From the NCBI GenBank assembly GCA_019244185.1, contig JAFATB010000026.1, positions 96,001-160,000 on the forward strand: a stretch of 64,000 nt of DNA, read 5' to 3'. The translations under genes were made by a program, and so were the position numbers. The notes under the pieces were generated by a model. It saw nothing but the letters and a program-made list of their open reading frames with translations. It made no database searches and was not told where the DNA came from. Each line of letters starts with the position of its first letter. Positions within the stretch are counted from its first letter, which is position 1. Below, in pieces: positions 1 to 8,808 of this stretch. The stretch comes from Acidobacteriota bacterium. GTDB taxonomy: Bacteria; Acidobacteriota; Thermoanaerobaculia; Gp7-AA8.

Positions 1-2
1 AC

Positions 3-836
3 GATTTTTTCGCCTCCGTCTTTCGGCGATCCTCCATCGATGGCAGGGGAATGCGTCTCGACTCCACCGTGCACTACGGCGAGTCCTTCGAGAACGCTCT
101 CTGGAACGGCCGTCAGATGGTCTACGGCCACGCCGATGGACGTATCTTCTCGCGCTTCACCGCGTCCGTCGATGTGATCGCCCATGAGCTCACGCACGGT
201 GTCACGCAGTTCGCTGCGGCTCTCGGGTATCACGGTCAGACCGGCGCGCTGAACGAGCACCTTTCCGACGCCTTCGGAATCATGGTCAAGCAGTGGTTGC
301 TCGGCCAGACCGCGGACAAGTCGGACTGGCTCATCGGCGCGGAAATCTTCGGCCCCGCCGTGAACGGCGTCGCCGTGCGTTCGATGGCTGCACCGGGCAC
401 CGCCTACGACGATCCGCTCCTGGGCAAAGACCCGCAGCCCTCGCACATGCACGACTACGTCGAAACCACCGAAGACAACGGCGGCGTCCACATCAACTCC
501 GGCATTCTCAATCACGGCTTCTACCGCGCGGCGATCGCGCTCGGCGGCAGGACGTGGGAGGTGCTGGGGCGCATCTGGTACGTCGCGCTCACGGACCGCC
601 TTCGACCCGAAGCGGACTTCGCCGACTTCGTTCAAGCCACCGTCGACATTGCCGGGGAGTTGTACGGCATGGGCGGCAAGGTGCAACGGATCGTCGCCGA
701 GGCTTGGTCGGACGTGGGCCTGTTCGTCCTCCACGTCGGGTGTGCGACGCAGCACATCCCCATCAAAAAGCCGCGCCAGCGCGCAGCCGTCGTCGCCGCA
801 CGGACGCTTCCGTCGCGTCGCCGGCCGACGCGCTGA
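3..836 (+). CDS. M4 family (thermolysin/protealysin-like) zinc metallopeptidase, 5'-truncated by window edge
   Basis: NALWNG, HELTH zinc motif, GALNEHLSD, DNGGVHINSGI; frame is open from position 3. Confidence 0.93.
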   Translation, partial: DFFASVFRRSSIDGRGMRLDSTVHYGESFENALWNGRQMVYGHADGRIFSRFTASVDVIAHELTHGVTQFAAALGYHGQTGALNEHLSDAFGIMVKQWLLGQTADKSDWLIGAEIFGPAVNGVAVRSMAAPGTAYDDPLLGKDPQPSHMHDYVETTEDNGGVHINSGILNHGFYRAAIALGGRTWEVLGRIWYVALTDRLRPEADFADFVQATVDIAGELYGMGGKVQRIVAEAWSDVGLFVLHVGCATQHIPIKKPRQRAAVVAARTLPSRRRPTR

Positions 837-889
837 CCGGCTCTCACTTTCCACCATCACCTGACATCTCTCGAAAGGAGATCGCTCAC

Positions 890-1231
890 ATGAGCACGAA
901 TCCCAAGGAACTGAATCCCCTCGAAGCATCCAAAACCATGATCGAGAAGAGCAAGCGCTCGACCGATCGCACACTGCGCGCGCTCAACCTCGACATGGAG
1001 CAGGAGAACACGCTCGTGCAGGACACGCCGAACGGCCGCCTGCAGAAGGTGCTGAAGATCTGGCGCGGCATCAAGCCGGTGTTCGCCGTCATCGGTTCGC
1101 TCCCCCTCATCCCGTCCACCTGGCGCGGCGCCATCGTCGTCTTCACGCAGGCGCTCGACGCGCTGACCGCCATCGGCGGCGACATCACGGCCGAGTTCAA
1201 GGCGGGCAAGGACCTCGCGGAGCAGGAATGA
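890..1231 (+). CDS. Hypothetical 113-aa protein with amphipathic helices and C-terminal EFKAGKDL motif
   Basis: AAGGAG at 875-880, ATG at 890, coding-like codon usage; ATGA overlap with next ORF. Confidence 0.75.
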   Translation: MSTNPKELNPLEASKTMIEKSKRSTDRTLRALNLDMEQENTLVQDTPNGRLQKVLKIWRGIKPVFAVIGSLPLIPSTWRGAIVVFTQALDALTAIGGDITAEFKAGKDLAEQE

Positions 1232-1488
1232 GCACCGTCCGCAAAGTCGCTCGCAGTGCCTCGTCCGGCCGGTTCATTTCCGCTCGCGACGCGCGCCGCT
1301 GGCCGCAATACACGGTCGTCGAGACGATCAGCTATCCGTCTCCTCGTCGTGTCGGCCGCCGGCGCTCCGCGCGTCACCTCACCGAGGAGAACCAGATGGA
1401 GCGGCCGTTCAAAGCCGGCAGAGACCTTCGCACCGGCGCGAAGAAAAAGCGCGCCACGTCCGAGTTCAAAGCCGGCAAAGACATCTGA
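1228..1488 (+). CDS. Small basic protein (RSAxxGRF N-terminal motif; two FKAG[KR]D[LI] motifs)
   Basis: ATGA-coupled to upstream ORF; possible internal start at 1396 with GAGGAG at 1384-1389. Confidence 0.6.
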   Translation: MSTVRKVARSASSGRFISARDARRWPQYTVVETISYPSPRRVGRRRSARHLTEENQMERPFKAGRDLRTGAKKKRATSEFKAGKDI

Positions 1489-1507
1489 CCCATTCACGCA
1501 GTTGACC

Positions 1508-1537
1508 GGTGGGGCGCGCGTTCGCGCGCGCTCCACC
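1508..1537 (+). other. 13-bp GC-rich stem with UUCG loop (RNA-stabilising or regulatory hairpin)
   Basis: GGTGGGGCGCGCG-TTCG-CGCGCGCTCCACC just upstream of the amidase RBS; no U-tract. Confidence 0.55.
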
Positions 1538-1553
1538 ACTTCGGAGGGCAATC

Positions 1554-2213
1554 ATGAACGTTCAGCAATACCCGCTCAAAAAGGGCCAATACTTCTCAGA
1601 CCTCACCGCCAAGAAATTCGTCGTCTGGCACGGCACGGCCGGCCGCACGCTGCACACGCCGGTCTCCGGCCGCCCCGGCAAAGCCACAACGTCGATCGAC
1701 GCGTGGAACCTCAACGCCGATCGCGTCGGCGCTCCGTGGCTCGTCGATCGCGACGGCTCGATCTACCAGACCTTCAACGACTCCGCGTGGATTTTCCATC
1801 TCGGGCTCAAGGGCGTGAAGGGGCTCTACGACAAGCAATCCGTCGCGATCGAGTTCGCGAACGAAGGGCCGCTCGACCTGGACGGCGACCGCCTCTACGC
1901 CTTCGGCATGAACACGCCGAACACCATCTACAACGGGCCGTTCATCAACCACGACTGGCGCGGCTTCAGCTACTTCGCGCAGATGGACGAGGCTCAAGTC
2001 GATGCCGGGATCGCGCTCACGCTCGACATCTGCCAGCGCCACAAGATCGAGCCGGTCTTCTACTACCCGTCAACCACATTCGACTTCCCGCGATGCTTCC
2101 AAGTCGCCACGATCATCTGCCACTCCAACTGCCGCGCCGACAAGACCGATCTCTGTCTGCCGCAATGGGTCTTCGAGAAGATCGAAGCGGCCGGCATTCG
2201 CATCGCCTCATGA
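1554..2213 (+). CDS. N-acetylmuramoyl-L-alanine amidase (Amidase_2/AmpD-like)
   Basis: VVWHGTAG, SVAIEFAN, QVDAGIAL..IC, IICHS..RADKTD motifs; RBS GGAGGG at 1543-1548. Confidence 0.85.
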   Translation: MNVQQYPLKKGQYFSDLTAKKFVVWHGTAGRTLHTPVSGRPGKATTSIDAWNLNADRVGAPWLVDRDGSIYQTFNDSAWIFHLGLKGVKGLYDKQSVAIEFANEGPLDLDGDRLYAFGMNTPNTIYNGPFINHDWRGFSYFAQMDEAQVDAGIALTLDICQRHKIEPVFYYPSTTFDFPRCFQVATIICHSNCRADKTDLCLPQWVFEKIEAAGIRIAS

Positions 2214-2225
2214 AGGAGTCGAACC

Positions 2226-2369
2226 ATGGACGAGATTCTTTGGTTACTCGACCAGGCGATGCGCGACCTTCAGGCGGCACGCCGCCGCGCTGGCAGCAAG
2301 AAGGTCCGCGCGCATCTGCGCCTCGCGATCGCGCGCATCAACCAAATCCATCACATGCTCACCACGTAA
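2226..2369 (+). CDS. Unannotated 47-aa helical protein (MDEILWLLDQAMRDLQAARRR...HHMLTT)
   Basis: GAAGGAG RBS at 2212-2218, ATG 2226, TAA 2367-2369; below the ORF-track length cutoff. Confidence 0.6.
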   Translation: MDEILWLLDQAMRDLQAARRRAGSKKVRAHLRLAIARINQIHHMLTT

Positions 2370-2374
2370 CGAAG

Positions 2375-2408
2375 AGGGGAGCCGCGCGGCCACTTCCCGC
2401 GGCCCCCT
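2375..2408. terminator. Putative terminator hairpin between convergent operons
   Basis: AGGGG(A)GCCGCG...CGCGGCCCCCT stem directly after the 47-aa ORF. Confidence 0.45.
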
Positions 2409-2527
2409 GCACCGCTAACGGTGGTCTCCCCGGTGGGCGATCACATGCCATACGACGATATTGGATGAGGCGTGAAACGGCACGCTGGTCGTCCGGGAAA
2501 CACCACGGTGACACCGGGGCACAGTGC

Positions 2528-4024
2528 TTAGCGCTTGCTATCTCGTTTTAGCAGCGCCCACAGGGACTCGCCTCGCCGGGTCAAACTTTGTTGATTATCA
2601 TGTAGTGCGACAAGGCCGGGTCCCAAACGTTGCAGTATCCTGCCGATGCCGTCCGGATTCTCTGCCCTCGCAATCTTAGACTTTAAGGAGCGTCGGGCCG
2701 CGCTCTCCCGGTGTCGACCAGCGCGAAGCGTGGCAACAGTTTGGTCGATGTTGTTGAGAAACGCCGTAATGTCGGAGTGATTTACAAGGTGAGCGTCGCA
2801 AATTAGTTTACCGAAGACGGCCGCACCATATGCATCGTCTCGCCGCGACGTCTCGTCGAACTTAAGCGGCTCGACCTGTGAGTTATCACGTGAGCGAGCT
2901 TTAGCACGGAGAAGACGAACACTTGACCTTGACGAAACGTTCAATATTGCGAATGGTCGTCCAAGCTCATGCGATGCTCTCATTACAGTCGCGAGCCCCT
3001 CAAGTGTGCGGCAGCCGGTGTATACAATCGGGGAGTAGATCTCGTCTAGAATTGGCGCAACAATCTTGGCTTCAACTATATCCTCACCGGCCATTTCAAA
3101 TAGTGCATCGGCCAGATCGAACATCGACGCGTAATCTGAGGCCGACTGTCCAAGAGCTGTGGCGGCCGCAGCTAGTGCCGTGCTTCCTTCGACGTGATAG
3201 AAGCCTCGATGTAGCGCGAGATAATGACCCAGAGACGTCTTGCCGGCGGCAGTACTTCCGATCACAACTAGAACAATATCGTTCGCGTCTTGCGGGAAAA
3301 TGGTCAACTGCGCAGGATTGCGTCGCGCTGACATTGAAGCATGCCGCGTGCTAGCTGCTGGCAGATTGAGGATCGAGGCATATTCCTCTAGCCGCTCGCT
3401 GAGCTGCTTCAAGCTATTCACACGGAAGTCGTACCGCAACGACTCCTCTAGCTCCAGAGCGGCGAGAACCGTCTTCGCGCCTTCCGGCACGAACCACGAG
3501 CTGAAATCCTGCCGCCCGAGCCATGGATATAATGGATTCTGCCGCACCTCGGGCACCGTATCCGCGACAACACCGCGCGTGGTACCTGAAAAGATAGGAA
3601 AGTCCGGAAATAGACCCGGAACGTATAGTGCGATGTCCGAGGAAACGGTGACACGCTTGTCGCCACCGGCGGCATTCAGTGCTGATAGTAGTTCGTCGTG
3701 TGTTGTTTCGGCGAACCACTCTTTTGTGGCCTGTCCTGGGTAGTCAGCCCCCCTTCCGAGTGCAGGAATGCTGACGGTCGTGTCTTCGATGAACACGATT
3801 CCTGTGGCACCCGCTCGCGATACGACCTCATCTAGACCTGCCTTAAGAAATGCTCGCTTAGGCAAACCGTATGGTTCGACATATGGCTCGCGGTGAGCTT
3901 CCAGCAGTTCAACGTCGAAGCCACTCGACTGGAGAATTAGTCGCGCTTGCAGGAATTTGGGTATATTCGATGTCGAGAACCGAATCGGAGCAAGGCGAAT
4001 CGCGCGACGGAGGTATCGGTTCAT
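2528..4024 (-). CDS. Ham1/ITPase-like non-canonical NTP pyrophosphatase fused to a P-loop nucleotide kinase-like domain
   Basis: N-half: TSNIPK, IEDT, YPG, FSGTTRG, FVPEG..VLAAL (Ham1 pattern; SHR replaced by DFR). C-half: VVIGSTAAGKTS Walker A. Confidence 0.82.
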   Translation of the reverse strand: MNRYLRRAIRLAPIRFSTSNIPKFLQARLILQSSGFDVELLEAHREPYVEPYGLPKRAFLKAGLDEVVSRAGATGIVFIEDTTVSIPALGRGADYPGQATKEWFAETTHDELLSALNAAGGDKRVTVSSDIALYVPGLFPDFPIFSGTTRGVVADTVPEVRQNPLYPWLGRQDFSSWFVPEGAKTVLAALELEESLRYDFRVNSLKQLSERLEEYASILNLPAASTRHASMSARRNPAQLTIFPQDANDIVLVVIGSTAAGKTSLGHYLALHRGFYHVEGSTALAAAATALGQSASDYASMFDLADALFEMAGEDIVEAKIVAPILDEIYSPIVYTGCRTLEGLATVMRASHELGRPFAILNVSSRSSVRLLRAKARSRDNSQVEPLKFDETSRRDDAYGAAVFGKLICDAHLVNHSDITAFLNNIDQTVATLRAGRHRESAARRSLKSKIARAENPDGIGRILQRLGPGLVALHDNQQSLTRRGESLWALLKRDSKR

Positions 4025-4998
4025 GCCGGCCCGTTATAGATTTCCAGCTCGTGACCGGCGTTTTGAAAGTCGTACGGCCCGCTGAGATCAATTCCACGCA
4101 ACACTTCGGTGATTCGCGCAAAAGAGCCACGCCCATGGACGGCAAAGACGGTTGGTCCTAGGCTACTTAACCCGGCGGGAATTCCGGCCTCCCACAGATG
4201 CTCGATTGCTACACGGACCGCCTGCGGCTGTGCTGCAATCTCACGGGCTTTGAACCCCTTAACCTGAAATCGGCGCAAGGACAGCCCGAATTGGTCGAGG
4301 TCAGTCTCAAGCAGCGCCGGAATCATTCCATGGAACACATCTGCAATTTGCTGCAGAGTATCGGTGTCGGCAGTGGGCGTATTCTTCTCAAAGAAGCTGC
4401 GCTCGCTGCCAGGGTTGACGGTTGGTGGGTCGTTGACGAAGGCTAGACTGACGTTCCAGTCGGTCGGCATCTCCCAGCGGCCGAGGAATAGGGATGGTGA
4501 CCGTCCTTCCGGCGCGATCGAAGGAAGGTACGACGTGGTTCGGCTACCGCCTGGCTGTCCGGCGTCTACTATCAATCCACCAAGGAAGAATCCGTTGCAC
4601 CCTATCGCAGATGTTCGTCCGCGCCCGCTCAGTCGGATCAGTTCCCGGCTGTCAATCGTCCAGCGATTTAAAACCGCCAGCGCCTTCATCACCGCGAGTG
4701 TCGTCGCTGTCGTTGAGCCGAGGCCTACGTGGCCGGGTGGTCGTTTCAACACAGTTACACTGCCTGACAGTGGGAGTCCGCTCGCGCGGGCGCGCAGCGC
4801 GGCGTCACCTACCTTCGTTTCCTCGTCGCCGTGACTTGGCCCAAGATCAAGCGCGAAGCTTGAGTCCGCTCGACCCTCGACACGTACTTCCGGCCCGCGA
4901 AAATGCGCGCCGATACCACCGTACGATCGGCCCGTCGCTCCAGCAAGATCTGTGAGCCCGAAATGAAGTCGCGGGTACGCGACCACCGATACCTTCAC
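4021..4998 (-). CDS. Beta-ribofuranosylaminobenzene 5'-phosphate (beta-RFAP) synthase-like C-glycoside synthase (GHMP fold)
   Basis: YPRLHFGLTDL..YGGIG, PGHVGLGSTT (GHMP motif), GRGRTSAIG...GGLIVDAGQ, GLSSLGPTV. Confidence 0.88.
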   Translation of the reverse strand: MKVSVVAYPRLHFGLTDLAGATGRSYGGIGAHFRGPEVRVEGRADSSFALDLGPSHGDEETKVGDAALRARASGLPLSGSVTVLKRPPGHVGLGSTTATTLAVMKALAVLNRWTIDSRELIRLSGRGRTSAIGCNGFFLGGLIVDAGQPGGSRTTSYLPSIAPEGRSPSLFLGRWEMPTDWNVSLAFVNDPPTVNPGSERSFFEKNTPTADTDTLQQIADVFHGMIPALLETDLDQFGLSLRRFQVKGFKAREIAAQPQAVRVAIEHLWEAGIPAGLSSLGPTVFAVHGRGSFARITEVLRGIDLSGPYDFQNAGHELEIYNGPA

Positions 4999-5771
4999 TT
5001 GTGGCTCCCGGGTGCACGAGAGAGCTTCTCGCTCGTAAATATCTCGTCAAAGTGATCGACCAACCGGTCGAACATATACCCGGGCCGCTTTACAATCATT
5101 GTCGGCAAGTTGCGACTGGCTCTTCCGAATCGAGACGAGGACACAAGGTACGGTCCCCAAAATGCCTCATCGTCAATGCGAAACATGTTCACACTGGGAA
5201 GTGTCGTAGCGAGCCGCAACTCGAAATTACTGTCACTCCGAGACCACAGGGGTTGCGTGTCAGTTATGAAGCGTAATACCTCGGCGCGCGTACGGCCCGA
5301 GGTATTCGATTCCTCCATGTCACGTATGTCCACATACCTGCTATTCGATCTCGGAGCGTCTGGATCTACCAACAAGATGCGTACACGTGCACGGGTGGCC
5401 CATTCTGAGAACTGGTCGAGGAAATCCTCTCGCAGTGCGTTTAAACCGAAGCCCATCACATCAATCGACTGCGAGGCTGCACGCAGTCTGCGCTGATACT
5501 CGTCTTTGATCTGGATCGAACGATGCGGGAATGCTGTCACAAAACCAAACGCGTCTAATACTCTTCGACGGTCGGCCTCGGCTTCGTCGAATACGACCCA
5601 ACCAAAGACGACCATGCCACCTACGCCTGTTGCAATCATCGACGTGCCGACAGCGACACCTACAGGCCCCATCGTGGCAATGAGAGCGCCCACCAGGACA
5701 AGAATCAACTGCAGCGCCATATACAGCAAGAACCGTGAGCTCTGCAGTCGTCTGGAAATCCCAACTTTCAT
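4995..5771 (-). CDS. Two-TM membrane protein with C-terminal DUF5919-like (PLD-like fold) domain
   Basis: Two hydrophobic N-terminal helices; IDVMG, VRILLVDP, FRIDDEAFWGPY, P..(F)DEIF pattern. Confidence 0.7.
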   Translation of the reverse strand: MKVGISRRLQSSRFLLYMALQLILVLVGALIATMGPVGVAVGTSMIATGVGGMVVFGWVVFDEAEADRRRVLDAFGFVTAFPHRSIQIKDEYQRRLRAASQSIDVMGFGLNALREDFLDQFSEWATRARVRILLVDPDAPRSNSRYVDIRDMEESNTSGRTRAEVLRFITDTQPLWSRSDSNFELRLATTLPSVNMFRIDDEAFWGPYLVSSSRFGRASRNLPTMIVKRPGYMFDRLVDHFDEIFTSEKLSRAPGSHK

Positions 5772-6763
5772 TCCGGGCTCTCCTCGCTGTGAGTAGTGCT
5801 GGTCATGATTCGATAGCCATCTGTCGTCGTGGTTATTGTCGAGTGAATGAAGCCCGCTCCGTTGAGCAACTCAGCCAACTCGCGATCGGTACGTTCTCTG
5901 CCTCCGAAGAGGATATGCATGTCGAGATCGCGAGAAGAATCAGCCAGATCACGGGGGTTCCAGCGTCGTTCGATGATGAGTAATTCAGAGCTGTGGTCTA
6001 GCGTTTGCCGGCATCGTCGGAGCAGGCCGAGGGCGTCTGCATCATCCAAATTGTGCAGAATGCTTCCAAGTATGTAGATTCCTGCGCCCGTCGGCATGCG
6101 GTCGCTAAAGTCGTCCTGAAGTACGTCGATACGTTCGCGTAGCTCGGGCGATGCCGTCCGCACTAGCCATCCTGCGTCTTCATAGCAATCGAAGACGACA
6201 CCCCGCCAGTCAGCGGGAAGCTGGCTGAGAAGGTCGATGGCGTAGTGACCTGGCCCACCCCCAATATCGGCGATCAGTCGGGCCATTTTTGGCCTTGGAT
6301 ATATCGCGAGTTCTTTGGTCCTGCGCCGGATCATGTGTTCATCGAAGGCTCGCGACAAGATGGGGTCGGACCGGATCTCGCTCCACGTTCGCAGAGCAGG
6401 TTCCGCAGGCGAGCCCCGAGTATCCAGTAGTATTTCGCCGAGTTCTCGACGCTTAAGGTAGAGGTACCTCGTGAGTGGGTCAGGCGATGTCCGATCCGAC
6501 TCCAATCGTGCACGAGCGATCGGGAGCAGCGCTACGATTTGCGGCTGCAGCTTGACGGGCCCGGGAGGAGGGGATTGCACCAACTGCAGGAGTTCGAGAT
6601 GCCGTAGGACAGCGAGTGAAAGTTGCTGCAAAGAGTGGTGCAGAGTGTTAGGCGAATTCAGACGGGTTACCACCTGGCCGTTTTCGAAAGCCAGAACAAC
6701 GTACGGCGCCAACGGATCAACCCGTATGGCACGAATCAACTCCTCAGCATTAACTAGAGTCAC
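5768..6763 (-). CDS. SAM-dependent O-methyltransferase (Methyltransf_2 type)
   Basis: ADIGGGPG motif I, ILHNLDD, LLIIE, DLDM...GGRERT. Confidence 0.88.
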   Translation of the reverse strand: MTLVNAEELIRAIRVDPLAPYVVLAFENGQVVTRLNSPNTLHHSLQQLSLAVLRHLELLQLVQSPPPGPVKLQPQIVALLPIARARLESDRTSPDPLTRYLYLKRRELGEILLDTRGSPAEPALRTWSEIRSDPILSRAFDEHMIRRRTKELAIYPRPKMARLIADIGGGPGHYAIDLLSQLPADWRGVVFDCYEDAGWLVRTASPELRERIDVLQDDFSDRMPTGAGIYILGSILHNLDDADALGLLRRCRQTLDHSSELLIIERRWNPRDLADSSRDLDMHILFGGRERTDRELAELLNGAGFIHSTITTTTDGYRIMTSTTHSEESPE

Positions 6764-6775
6764 GAGAGATCGCTG

Positions 6776-6967
6776 TTAGCTTCCGCGGATCTTCCGGAGC
6801 AACTCGCTCAAAGACTCGACTCCCTCGTCTCTGAGCACGTTTCCCAGTTGCTTATCGCTTCTGACGCCAAGATCCACGTGGTACATCTCCTCGATCGTCC
6901 CGGCCTGTGTGTCGCTTCGCTTCCGCCGGAGCGTCCCTTCGTCGGTGCGGCCGCGCTCGCCGCTCAT
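6776..6967 (-). CDS. Small conserved-looking hypothetical protein (63 aa; RKRSDT...GVRSD..LG...SLSELL)
   Basis: Ends 12 nt before the methyltransferase start; the pattern resembles a small bacterial hypothetical family (recalled, not searched). Confidence 0.55.
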   Translation of the reverse strand: MSGERGRTDEGTLRRKRSDTQAGTIEEMYHVDLGVRSDKQLGNVLRDEGVESLSELLRKIRGS

Positions 6968-7085
6968 GCTCGGATCGTCGTTGCGAACAGATGGCGCTTT
7001 TCGGTGTGACATCTGATTTCCCCTTGAAATTGATGTGTCGGCCACGAGGTGCGAAAGCTGTTCGATTCGATTCACTTCGGGCCGC

Positions 7086-7119
7086 TTGACATCATGCCAT
7101 CCGTCATGGAGAATGTCAA
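7086..7119 (+). promoter_or_regulatory. Sigma70-type promoter with overlapping inverted-repeat operator
   Basis: TTGACA(7086)-N17-GAGAAT(7109); TTGACAT...ATGTCAA inverted repeat, plausible autoregulatory site for the downstream Xre antitoxin. Confidence 0.55.
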
Positions 7120-7162
7120 CGTTCACGTCAATGTGATGATGAACGCGCGAAAGGATCTCCTA

Positions 7163-8428
7163 ATGGATATGCCGCTCACGCCTCGCCTCATCCATGCTGT
7201 TCCGCCGCAACTCGGCACCTATCTTCGGCCGAACCGCGTTGATCACAAAGCGCTGCTGGCGTTCATCGCCGAAGGCACTCCGGCCGGTCTCGAAGGCATC
7301 GTTTTCGACCCGACGCTCGACTCGATCCATACCGAGCTCCGCGACGAGGCTCGAGAGCGGAAGATCGAAGCGGTTCTCGATACGCGTGCGATGGAGCTCG
7401 CGCTCGAGGGCGGATACGTCGGCTCGCGATGCGCGCTGCCGTGGGCAGGTGAGGAGATGCACCGAACGGACAGCCTTCGCGGCGAAGCTGGCCGTGACTG
7501 CGCGAAACGGATCACCGACTGGATGGCGCCGCGCCGCTACTGCAGCGTCCTCGCGCCCACGCACTACCTCGCGGCCGGCGCCGCCGATCCCTGGTTCGCA
7601 GTCGACCGCGACTTGACGATCGCGCTGCGCGCCGCGCTCGATGCCGCCGGCCTCGCTGCCGTCCCCATTTACTATCCGCTCGCGATCAAAGGCGAGGCGT
7701 TTTTCGATGCTCGTCAGCGCGAGCAGTTCCGGCTCGCCCTCACTTCACTTCCGGTCGATGCAATCTGGCTCCGTGTTCAGCCGTTCGGCTCGCGAAGCGG
7801 CGGCAACGTCGTTCGCAAATACATCCGCGCCTGCGCCGATCTCCATTCGTCGGCTCTGCCGCTCGTCGCGGAGAAGTCCGGCACAACCGGCCTCGCGCTC
7901 CTCGCGTTCGGCGCTGTCGGCGGCATCGAAAGCGGCATCACGATCGGTGAGCACTTCGACGCCAACAGTTTGATCTCGCGTCGCGAAGGCGGCAAACCGT
8001 TCACGCCTCAAGCGCGCGTCTACATCACCGCTTTGCAGACGTTCATGTCGAAGCAACAGGCGCGGCCTTTCTTCGATAACCGCACGTTGCGCACCTATTT
8101 CGCCTGCAAGGATCGCTGCTGCCCGCGCGGCTCCGACGACATGATCATGTATCCGAAGCGCCACTTCCTCCTCCGCCGCACCGCCGAGATCAGCCGGCTG
8201 AGCGCTTTGCCGGAAACTGTACGCGCGTCGCGCTACATGGAAGAGATTCTCCGCCCCGCCACTGACCAGATGGCGAAAGCCGTTAAAGCAGCGGAACATC
8301 TGGAAACGACACGTCAGCGCCTCGACATGCTGCGCAGTGTGCTCGGCGCGATCCTCGAAGACTCACAGCCGGTCAGCTTCTCGGCTGTGCCGGAGGGCAA
8401 ACGAATTCAGACACGGCGCGGCGCCTAA
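7163..8428 (+). CDS. Putative TIM-barrel protein (beta-protein/Sce7725/TGT-like) with C-terminal Cys/His cluster
   Basis: AAGGA RBS before ATG 7163; alternating beta/alpha pattern; CKDRCC...RH resembles the zinc site of TGT-like barrels; lies upstream of a RES toxin. Confidence 0.55.
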   Translation: MDMPLTPRLIHAVPPQLGTYLRPNRVDHKALLAFIAEGTPAGLEGIVFDPTLDSIHTELRDEARERKIEAVLDTRAMELALEGGYVGSRCALPWAGEEMHRTDSLRGEAGRDCAKRITDWMAPRRYCSVLAPTHYLAAGAADPWFAVDRDLTIALRAALDAAGLAAVPIYYPLAIKGEAFFDARQREQFRLALTSLPVDAIWLRVQPFGSRSGGNVVRKYIRACADLHSSALPLVAEKSGTTGLALLAFGAVGGIESGITIGEHFDANSLISRREGGKPFTPQARVYITALQTFMSKQQARPFFDNRTLRTYFACKDRCCPRGSDDMIMYPKRHFLLRRTAEISRLSALPETVRASRYMEEILRPATDQMAKAVKAAEHLETTRQRLDMLRSVLGAILEDSQPVSFSAVPEGKRIQTRRGA

Positions 8429-8469
8429 CCATCTATCCAAAATCTGTGAAACGGAAAGGTTGTGTAACC

Positions 8470-8808
8470 ATGGCTTCAGCACTTGCAGAACGCCTCGACA
8501 AAATCAAAGAACTCGGGGGGATCACCGGGCGCGACGTCGCGCAACTGCTGGACACAACGCCTGAAACGGTCTCGCGTTGGAGTACGGGCAAGATTGATCC
8601 ACAACGCGAGAGGCTACAGCGCCTTCTCGAACTCGAATTTTTTCTGACGGAACTCTCGGAATTCTACTCGCCAGAGGAAGCGAAGCTCTGGTTGTTCAGT
8701 CCCCACAAATCGCTCGGCGGTGAAACGGCGGCGGCGCGCATTCAGGCCGGCCGAACGCAAGACGTGTTTACGCTTCTCGATCAGCTTCGTTCCGGTGCCT
8801 ACATCTAG
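8470..8808 (+). CDS. Xre/MbcA/ParS-type antitoxin
   Basis: N-terminal HTH (DVAQLLDTTPETVSRW); C-terminal AKLWLFSPHKSLGGETA...GAYI. Confidence 0.9.
   Translation: MASALAERLDKIKELGGITGRDVAQLLDTTPETVSRWSTGKIDPQRERLQRLLELEFFLTELSEFYSPEEAKLWLFSPHKSLGGETAAARIQAGRTQDVFTLLDQLRSGAYI

Noticed and set aside
4021-4998. Methanopterin/C1-metabolism gene cluster
   Set aside because: No other tetrahydromethanopterin or formaldehyde-oxidation genes nearby; context is an island operon with Ham1-kinase.
2528-6763. Known Kongming, CBASS or Pycsar system
   Set aside because: No adenosine deaminase, Sir2, CD-NTase or nucleotide cyclase motifs recognised.
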